From contig JAGDYD010000031.1 in the NCBI GenBank assembly GCA_023256515.1, forward strand, positions 1 through 40,259: 40,259 nucleotides of DNA, in the 5' to 3' direction. Each line of letters starts with the position of its first letter. Within the stretch, counting starts at the first letter, position 1. The stretch comes from Candidatus Micrarchaeota archaeon (GTDB lineage Archaea; Micrarchaeota; Micrarchaeia; Micrarchaeales; CABMGC01). The position numbers were made by a program, and so were the translations under genes. Of the stretch, positions 18,834-24,844 are shown one piece after another. Below the pieces are notes generated by a model. The model ran no database searches, was not told the DNA's origin, and worked only from the letters and a program-made list of their open reading frames with translations.

Positions 18834-18843
18834 CAAAAACACA

Positions 18844-19299
18844 TCATGTCAACGGAGTAATATAAACACAAGGCACATTTGGCGCAGTAGGGCATGAACT
18901 AGTTGCTGTCAAGTTTACTAGATATGTGCCTGGCGAACTTATACTGCCTAAATTGCCACTCACATTTACAGGGGTGTATGCAGTAACAGAGCTTAGCCCA
19001 GAAAATGACCTTACCATAAATATTATTAGATGCCCTACAGAGCCTGTCTGAGAGCCAACATATATGTATTGGACGCCTGGTGGCACTTCTATCTGTATAA
19101 CCTGCTTTGCTGGCGGACCTTCACTACCAACAAAAGAGGCTATGCTTGCTATTTTTGATGCTGCTTGCTGAGACTCAATTGCAGCTAAAGAAGAGCTAGA
19201 GCTCGCTATTTGCATAAAAGCGATTACAACTATTGGAAGCAGTATAGCTAAGCCAAAAGCCAAGGTTATTAAGAGCTCAAAGCTAGACTGCCCTTTCAT
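18844..19299 (-). CDS. Type IV pilin-like protein (best major-subunit candidate), Epd-type class III signal peptide
   Basis: The N-terminus is MKGQSSFELLITLAFGLAILLPIVVIAF. It has a KG/Q junction with Q at +1 and E at +5, then a hydrophobic helix. The 151 aa length is pilin-sized. Its ATG overlaps the stop of the CBS gene (ATGA). Confidence 0.75.
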   Translation of the reverse strand: MKGQSSFELLITLAFGLAILLPIVVIAFMQIASSSSSLAAIESQQAASKIASIASFVGSEGPPAKQVIQIEVPPGVQYIYVGSQTGSVGHLIIFMVRSFSGLSSVTAYTPVNVSGNLGSISSPGTYLVNLTATSSCPTAPNVPCVYITPLT

Positions 19300-20429
19300 A
19301 CCATCACAACATTGTTGCCCTTGAACTGGGCAACAATTAGTTCTTTCCTATCCTTCACCTCATTATAAAGCTTTTCAACTATGTCTTTTAATACACTGCT
19401 AATGCTATAGCCTGTTGAGGCTGCTGCTACAGAGCCGCCTTGCTTAAGAACAACCTTGCCATGCATTTCATAATTTCTTACTTTTGACCTTTTCACATTT
19501 AAAGTTACGTAATCAACTTTTATTTTGCTGAATCTATTGATCTTGTTTACCATATCGTTGAGCTCTGCCCTTATATCTTCTTCATATTCTTTAGTATAGT
19601 TATCCAAGCCAGATATTATTATTTTATTTTCTTGCTCGCTACTAAATGATGCGATCAAGGCAAAAATATCCCTAACTGTTATTATACCAACAGGCTTGTC
19701 GTTTTTTGTAACTACAAGAGATGATATACCTCTCTCTACAAACACTCTTATTGCTTCTTCAAGCGGAGCATCTTGCTCTATAGAGAGAACACTTCTTTGG
19801 CATACGCTGCCAACTGGGGTATTGCTTATCGTATAGTAATAATTGCGCCTTTGTGGTGATCTTTCAGTAGCCTTAGCAAACATCTCTATTATATCCCTCA
19901 GCGTTATAATGCCATATAGAGAGCCATTTTTCATCACTATAAGCCTATTTATTTTGTTTTTCTCCATGGCACTTTTTGCCTGGGCTATATTTGCATTTGC
20001 ATCTATACCTATGGCTGGAGAAGTCATTGCATTCTCTACTGTATATTTAGAAACCAAATGCAAAGACAATATTGCTTTCAATAGCTCGCTTCTTTTTACT
20101 ATACCTTTTATCTCACCACTGTCAAAATAAGGCAAAGCTTTTACTCCTTCGAAATAGAAGTACAATATTGCTTTTTCTATTGTAGTGGACATGTCTAATA
20201 CTGGCACTTTTTTTGCAAACTTCCCTATAGACTGCCTCTTGTTCAGCTTTAAAACCCCTTTTCTTGCTAAAGTTCTATCATCGACAATACCATAGTATTC
20301 ACCATTCTTTCTTACTACTACTGCAGTGTATTCTTTTACTTTGCTCATTGCCTCTGTAACAGGATCTTTATATTCATAAAAAAGGGTCTCTGAAACAAAT
20401 TCGCTTGGAATAGGTTCTATAGCTCTCAT
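19296..20429 (-). CDS. Four-CBS (two Bateman modules) protein with a C-terminal HPF/RaiA-like (Ribosomal_S30AE-like) domain
   Basis: Four CBS-type repeats are present (..YGIVDDRTLAR.., ..IKGIVKRSELLKA.., ..LYGIITLRDIIEM.., ..PVGIITVRDIFAL..). The C-terminal roughly 100 aa are IIISGLDNYTKEYEEDIRAELNDMVNKINRFSKIKVDYVTLNVKRSKVRNYEMHGKVVLKQGGSVAAASTGYSISSVLKDIVEKLYNEVKDRKE. This matches the beta-alpha-beta-beta-beta-alpha pattern of bacterial HPF by eye. I used the ATG at 20429; the track start at 20441 is a TTG. Confidence 0.65.
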   Translation of the reverse strand: MRAIEPIPSEFVSETLFYEYKDPVTEAMSKVKEYTAVVVRKNGEYYGIVDDRTLARKGVLKLNKRQSIGKFAKKVPVLDMSTTIEKAILYFYFEGVKALPYFDSGEIKGIVKRSELLKAILSLHLVSKYTVENAMTSPAIGIDANANIAQAKSAMEKNKINRLIVMKNGSLYGIITLRDIIEMFAKATERSPQRRNYYYTISNTPVGSVCQRSVLSIEQDAPLEEAIRVFVERGISSLVVTKNDKPVGIITVRDIFALIASFSSEQENKIIISGLDNYTKEYEEDIRAELNDMVNKINRFSKIKVDYVTLNVKRSKVRNYEMHGKVVLKQGGSVAAASTGYSISSVLKDIVEKLYNEVKDRKELIVAQFKGNNVVMV

Positions 20430-20523
20430 CCTTATCCCCAAATCAAATTTAGATTAAAAAATTAAATACCTTCCTTACCTAAAATATAAAGAGTTAAATT
20501 ATTTAAAAATGCAAATTTTTGAT

Positions 20524-20594
20524 GCCAGGATGGCAGATCGGCTATGCGGCCGCCTGCAGAGCGGCATAGGGGGGTTCGACTCCCTCTCCTGGCT
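20524..20594 (+). tRNA. tRNA-Cys (anticodon GCA)
   Basis: The acceptor stem is GCCAGGA/TCCTGGC. The anticodon stem is GCCGC/GCGGC with loop CTGCAGA. The T arm is GGGGG-TTCGACT-CCCTC and the discriminator is T. Confidence 0.85.
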
Positions 20595-20598
20595 TTTT
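20594..20598 (+). terminator. T-run immediately after tRNA-Cys (possible archaeal oligo-T terminator)
   Basis: TTTTT starts at the discriminator position of the tRNA. The call rests on sequence resemblance only. Confidence 0.3.
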
Positions 20599-20704
20599 GT
20601 AGTTTTAATAATTAACTCATTTACAAAATGCTTGCAAAAAGCCCACTATTTCAATCGTGCGATCCAAAATGAACCATACAAATTTATTCTTAGTATGATG
20701 CCAA

Positions 20705-21139
20705 TTATACATCAACAAGTACAAATATTTTCCAAAACTTTCCTTTTTCTACTTTCAAATCATGTGGTGTTACTGCTTTTATCTCTAAAAGATGGTAATC
20801 CTTTTCAGCTTCTTTGAAGAAAAGAGTCCCTCTAAGCTTTATTTTTTTGCCTTCCTCCAAACTTTCTACTTTGAAATAATATGCATTAAGGGCTTTTTCG
20901 TCTATTTTTGAAAGAAGATCTTGAAGCGTGAACCAAACAATCTCTTCTTTAGTATCTGCAGACTCTCTTATCTTGATCGTTTTAGGCTTTGCTTTAAGCT
21001 TTTCTAGCTTCTTTACATCAAGCATGATTCCGAGCATTGCCTTTGCTGCGTTTTCTAATGCCTCTTTAAAGCTGTTTCCATAGGCTACAAATCTAACATC
21101 TGCTGTGTGTGGCAAATATCTAAACCTTACCCTTGGCAT
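20705..21139 (-). CDS. Archease
   Basis: MPRVRFRYLPHTADVRFVAYGNSFKEALENAAKAMLGIM... matches the archease N-terminal signature (F.yL.HTADi.f.ayG.t.eEafenaA.Am). The C-terminal ..IKAVTPHDLKV.. strand is also present. The protein is 144 aa. Confidence 0.9.
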   Translation of the reverse strand: MPRVRFRYLPHTADVRFVAYGNSFKEALENAAKAMLGIMLDVKKLEKLKAKPKTIKIRESADTKEEIVWFTLQDLLSKIDEKALNAYYFKVESLEEGKKIKLRGTLFFKEAEKDYHLLEIKAVTPHDLKVEKGKFWKIFVLVDV

Positions 21140-21197
21140 GCAATCATATCATCTATTCAATAATTAGATTTATATATGTAAAATAACAAGTAAGAGT

Positions 21198-21255
21198 GTC
21201 CTGTGAAGAATAGAGTAACTGCTGAGGTGTGATGAAGCCTATATCGACTGAGGAC
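21198..21255 (+). ncRNA. C/D box sRNA candidate (2'-O-methylation guide)
   Basis: The full architecture can be read directly. The terminal stem is GUCC (21198-21201) paired with GGAC (21252-21255). The C box is GUGAAGA (21203-21209), followed by a 12-nt guide AUAGAGUAACUG and the D' box CUGA (21222-21225). A 3-nt spacer GGU leads to the C' box GUGAUGA (21229-21235), a 12-nt guide AGCCUAUAUCGA and the D box CUGA (21248-21251). The 3-nt bulge (UGU) followed by tandem G.A pairs fits k-turn geometry. The location is intergenic, between archease and the exosortase-like gene. Confidence 0.65.
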
Positions 21256-21262
21256 GATAAAT

Positions 21263-22762
21263 ATGGAGAATAAGAATATCCTTGCTGCTGTTTTTTTCAC
21301 TTCAGTTATAATAATGCTAATAAATCCATTCCTTTCTGCGCCTAGTAGCATAAGCGATACTGATCCTTCTACCTATATAATAGTTCCAACCATAATGCTT
21401 CCTTTGTTTTCTGCTTTTATTTTCAAAAATAAGATAAATGTTGAAAGAAAGGCAAAAGATATTTACTTTGGTTTTCTTTTGTTTGCCCTTTTCATCATTT
21501 TTACCGCTTATCTTCATTACTTTTTCTCTTTCTTTTTCATGAGCTTTAGGCTATATATGCTAATATTTCCTCTTGCCATCGCTAGCTTAGTAATAACCAT
21601 ATTTGGATTTAGAAGCATAAATTCGTTCAAAGCAATAATAATATATTCGATTTTCGCTTCTCCGATACTCCTTGCCCCAATATTTTCCTTAAATCAAGCA
21701 TTTGCAGAAATAAATGCAAAGATTGTATATTATTTGCTGCATTTTATTAACAGCAGCATTTCTTTCCAAGCTCCAATAAGCATCTATTATAAAAATTATA
21801 TAATAGGCATAGGAGAAAGCTGCGTAGGCATCGGTGCGCTTATAGGCTTAATAATGTTTCTAATCCCTGTTGCTTACCTTTTCAATGGAAAAGCAAGCAG
21901 AAAAGTTATTTGGGTAATATCTGGATTTGCATTAATGCTTTTGCTCAATATATTGAGGATGTTTGCTATTGCTTTTGCTTGGTTCTATTATGGGCCAAAC
22001 TCTACAATATCTATATTACATAGCTTTGCCGGCATGACAATATTCTACTTGACCATAATAATAATGATATTAATTTCAGGCTTATTTGAACTTAAGATTC
22101 CAAAATTTGATTTAAGGAAAAATGAAAAGAATAGAGGCAAAAGGCCAAAAACAGTCTATATGCTGATACCTATAATATATGCATTGATCTACTTTTCTGC
22201 TTCTATCAGCTTCCAGAACTATCTTTCAATTTCACCTTATTTGCAATATAGCAAAGTGCCACTTAGTGGCCAGCCATTTGCTAATTTTGTCTCCACGAAT
22301 GTAAATACGAGCGGTTTTCATTCTATTGCCTATACCTTTTCAAACTCTTCTGAAATAATATTGCTAACAAATAGCACATTCAACTCTAGCAATCCTATTG
22401 CAATATTTATAACTGAACCAAACAAACAGGAAGAGAAGGCCCTCTTCTCTAATATGAGCATATATGCCTATTCAAAATTCTCTGGTTTGAATGGTGTGAA
22501 TATAGAAATTTATAAAGTTGGCTACAATGGAAGCACATATTTCCTTGCCATAGAGCAGTTGCCATATGTGCAAGGCAGCAGTTACAATATAATGGGAGAA
22601 TACGGCATATTTCCTGAAAAAGCTGGAGAAATTAACATGAGCTGCAGCTATGACTCTTTTTACAGTACGTTCTATACCTTATTTGACCTTGGATTTTATA
22701 ATAGCACTATTTCAAAGCAGCTAGAAAATGTGTATTGTTTAAACCAGAAGATATTCAGGTAA
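21263..22762 (+). CDS. Exosortase/archaeosortase-family membrane protein with an extra C-terminal (EpsI-like?) extracytoplasmic domain
   Basis: The polytopic N-terminal roughly 290 aa carry candidate Cys/Arg/His catalytic motifs in the expected order: IGIGESCVGIGALIGL, LLLNILRMFAIAF and ILHSFAGMTIFYL. One further TM helix and a roughly 190-aa Asn/Ser-rich domain follow. Confidence 0.6.
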   Translation: MENKNILAAVFFTSVIIMLINPFLSAPSSISDTDPSTYIIVPTIMLPLFSAFIFKNKINVERKAKDIYFGFLLFALFIIFTAYLHYFFSFFFMSFRLYMLIFPLAIASLVITIFGFRSINSFKAIIIYSIFASPILLAPIFSLNQAFAEINAKIVYYLLHFINSSISFQAPISIYYKNYIIGIGESCVGIGALIGLIMFLIPVAYLFNGKASRKVIWVISGFALMLLLNILRMFAIAFAWFYYGPNSTISILHSFAGMTIFYLTIIIMILISGLFELKIPKFDLRKNEKNRGKRPKTVYMLIPIIYALIYFSASISFQNYLSISPYLQYSKVPLSGQPFANFVSTNVNTSGFHSIAYTFSNSSEIILLTNSTFNSSNPIAIFITEPNKQEEKALFSNMSIYAYSKFSGLNGVNIEIYKVGYNGSTYFLAIEQLPYVQGSSYNIMGEYGIFPEKAGEINMSCSYDSFYSTFYTLFDLGFYNSTISKQLENVYCLNQKIFR

Positions 22763-22766
22763 TTTG

Positions 22767-23711
22767 ATGGGGTCAAATTTTTCTGAAGGAGCTATAATAT
22801 ACAAGAAAAACAGTGATTTTGAATTTTTATTTTTTATTTCAGAAAAAGGAGAACTTGATATATTTAGATGGGATATAGAAAAAGAGGGAAAAGGACATAA
22901 AGCTGCAGAGCAAGCCATAGGCAAAGAAATAGGATTGAAAGTAGAAGCTTTGCCTTATTTTTCATACGAAAAACCTGGAAATAATAAAAGTATACCTAAT
23001 TTAAAAGTCTTTATCTTAAGAGCAGGCAACTATGAAAAAATAAGGATACCAAAAAGATATTCTTCATGCGAATGGTTGCCATATAAAGAAGCAATCAAAA
23101 AAGCAGATCAACATATGAAGGCACTTCTTTCATATGCATATGAATACATTAGAAGATATGAAGAGATCCAAAAAGTAAATAAAGAATATATGAGGCTTAG
23201 CAATTCAAAAGGCTGGAAATTGAGCCGAAGATTTGTGAAAGGCGAAGGACCTGTTAATGCTAAGGTTATGGTTATAGGCCAAGCACCAGGGGAAAATGAA
23301 GATAAGATGCTTAGACCATTTGTTGGAAGAAGCGGAAAACTGTTAGACCAAATGCTTAGGGAAGCAGGCCTTAAGAGAGGGAAAATGTATATAACTAGTG
23401 CAGTACAGTTTTTTCCACCAAAAAATAGGTTGCCAACAAGGGAAGAGATTGAGATGTGCAAACCTTTTCTGACCAAGCAAGTAAGCATAATAAAGCCAAA
23501 ATATATAATAACTTTAGGCAACGTTGCTGCAAAAACTATAGCAGGCGTTGAAAACGTAGATAGAAACCATGGAATTGTAATAAAAAAAGACGGAATAACT
23601 TATCTTATAACATACCACCCTGCTGCTGCATTAAGATTTAAGCGTATAAAAGAGCTTATGCAGAAAGACCTTCTAAAATTTTCAAATATAATAAATTCAA
23701 AAAAAGAATGA
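22767..23711 (+). CDS. Fusion protein: degenerate Nudix-like N-domain plus family 4-like uracil-DNA glycosylase
   Basis: The UDG motifs are VMVIGQAPGENEDKMLRPFVGRSGKLLDQML and ITYHPAAALR. The N-terminal roughly 140 aa look like a Nudix fold (GAIIYKK..FLFFISEKG...WDIEKEGKGHKAAEQAIGKEIGLKVE) with the REUxEE glutamates lost. I used the ATG at 22767; the track start is a TTG at 22764. Confidence 0.7.
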   Translation: MGSNFSEGAIIYKKNSDFEFLFFISEKGELDIFRWDIEKEGKGHKAAEQAIGKEIGLKVEALPYFSYEKPGNNKSIPNLKVFILRAGNYEKIRIPKRYSSCEWLPYKEAIKKADQHMKALLSYAYEYIRRYEEIQKVNKEYMRLSNSKGWKLSRRFVKGEGPVNAKVMVIGQAPGENEDKMLRPFVGRSGKLLDQMLREAGLKRGKMYITSAVQFFPPKNRLPTREEIEMCKPFLTKQVSIIKPKYIITLGNVAAKTIAGVENVDRNHGIVIKKDGITYLITYHPAAALRFKRIKELMQKDLLKFSNIINSKKE

Positions 23712-23718
23712 CAAAAAG

Positions 23719-24675
23719 CTAAGTATTATTTGGCTTAAGTTGTTTTGCTTCCCTAACTGCCAGCTTATATGAAGGTATAGAGATTATACCAACCACTATT
23801 ACAACTAAGAAGAACCCAACGCCCAGGCTATGCAGATTGTGAACTTTCAAAGGTGTTATTATATTGTAGTTGTATAGGTTCGGAAAGAAAAATAATATTA
23901 TTCCTGCAACGAGGAATACTAGGCCACCATATGCAAGCATTCTGCCAGAGGTTTTTCTTGCTATATAAGATATTTGGTTTTCAGAGTATTTTCTTTTCCT
24001 AAGCCATGAGCCTATTGCAGCGCCGAATATTATTTGCATAGCCATTGTACCTATGCCAAAAAGGAATCCAGGAAGCCAGGCAACCCATATATTAGGCATA
24101 GCAGGGACTATTGCTGTATACAATATTAAAGCAAATGCACCAAATCCGAAGCCAGCAATCAAGCCGTGTACAAAAGTAAGCCTTAAAGGAACTGACCTAG
24201 GCTCAAGAACTTTATGCTCTTCGAATATTTCATGGCTTTCAAGGCCTTCCTTTTTGTATATATCTTTTTGATGAATTCCTATGCATATGTGAAAAAATCT
24301 GCATACCAGATTTGCAAGACCATGCCAATGCAGATATATGCCTTTCCTTAGAATGTAAAATCCAGATATAGCCATGACTATACCAACAATCATATATACA
24401 GTTGCATCAAACCTATTAGACATAAAAAATGGAGCAAGAGCTATATATGCAATTTCAGATAGTAAGGCTCTTTGCAATGTAAAACCAAGTGAAAAGAGCA
24501 TCCCTGCTTTTGCGCCTCCTTTAGTGCTATAAGAACCTATTGCATAACTAAAGGTTATTGGCCAAGTATGCTCATCATGAGTTATTCCGTGAACTATGCC
24601 AAGAAGAAAAGCAATCAGTAGAGCAGAATAGAATCCAGCTATGGTCGGGTTATAAAGGTCTATAAAGAATAGCAT
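23719..24675 (-). CDS. Polytopic membrane protein, possibly a metal-cation transporter (His-rich motifs); function uncertain
   Basis: I set the start at the ATG at 24675 (MLFFIDLYNPTIAGF...) because the longer track ORF runs through tRNA-Ile. It contains LLGIVHGITHDEHTW and an HWHGLANLVCRFFHICIGIH loop. Assignment to a NicO/RcnA-like family is only a resemblance. Confidence 0.4.
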   Translation of the reverse strand: MLFFIDLYNPTIAGFYSALLIAFLLGIVHGITHDEHTWPITFSYAIGSYSTKGGAKAGMLFSLGFTLQRALLSEIAYIALAPFFMSNRFDATVYMIVGIVMAISGFYILRKGIYLHWHGLANLVCRFFHICIGIHQKDIYKKEGLESHEIFEEHKVLEPRSVPLRLTFVHGLIAGFGFGAFALILYTAIVPAMPNIWVAWLPGFLFGIGTMAMQIIFGAAIGSWLRKRKYSENQISYIARKTSGRMLAYGGLVFLVAGIILFFFPNLYNYNIITPLKVHNLHSLGVGFFLVVIVVGIISIPSYKLAVREAKQLKPNNT

Positions 24676-24753
24676 AAATATAGTATTATTGGGAAAAATA
24701 TAAAAAATAAAAACAATAAAAAAATGCAAACAATATAAAACTAATAAAAACAA

Positions 24754-24839
24754 GGGCTCGTAGCTTAGCCTGGTTGGAGCGCCCGACTGATAAAAGATTG
24801 GCAATCGGGAGGTCCGGAGTTCAAATCTCCGCGGGCCCA
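24754..24839 (+). tRNA. tRNA-Ile (anticodon GAU) with an 11-nt intron in the anticodon loop
   Basis: The acceptor stem is GGGCTCG/CGGGCCC. The D arm is GCTT..GAGC. The anticodon stem is CCCGA/TCGGG and encloses 18 nt (CTGATAAAAGATTGGCAA) instead of 7. The T arm is CGGAG-TTCAAAT-CTCCG and the discriminator is A. Removing 11 nt at the canonical 37/38 position leaves the loop CTGATAA. Confidence 0.8.
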
Positions 24840-24844
24840 TTTAG

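Noticed and set aside
2790-20594. The filament locus as a tRNA-bounded genomic island (tRNA-Gln at 2790, tRNA-Cys at 20524)
   Set aside because: I found no integrase, recombinase or transposase, and no obvious duplicated tRNA 3' half. By eye the composition does not differ from the flanks. An island origin cannot be supported from this window.
20509-20817. A + strand 102-aa ORF
   Set aside because: It reads straight through tRNA-Cys (20524-20594) and into the antisense of the archease 3' end, so it is not a gene.
21232-21273. A 13-codon upstream ORF (MKPISTEDDKYGE) behind a GAGGTG Shine-Dalgarno-like site, overlapping the exosortase-like start
   Set aside because: The GAGGTG and ATG are better explained as the D' box, spacer and C' box of the C/D box sRNA candidate at 21198-21255.
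24676-24840. N-terminal 55 codons of track ORF 23719-24840 (MGPRRFELRTSRLPIFYQSGAPTRLSYEP...)
   Set aside because: This stretch is the reverse complement of tRNA-Ile (24754-24839) and its A-rich upstream spacer. The membrane protein more plausibly starts at the ATG at 24675.
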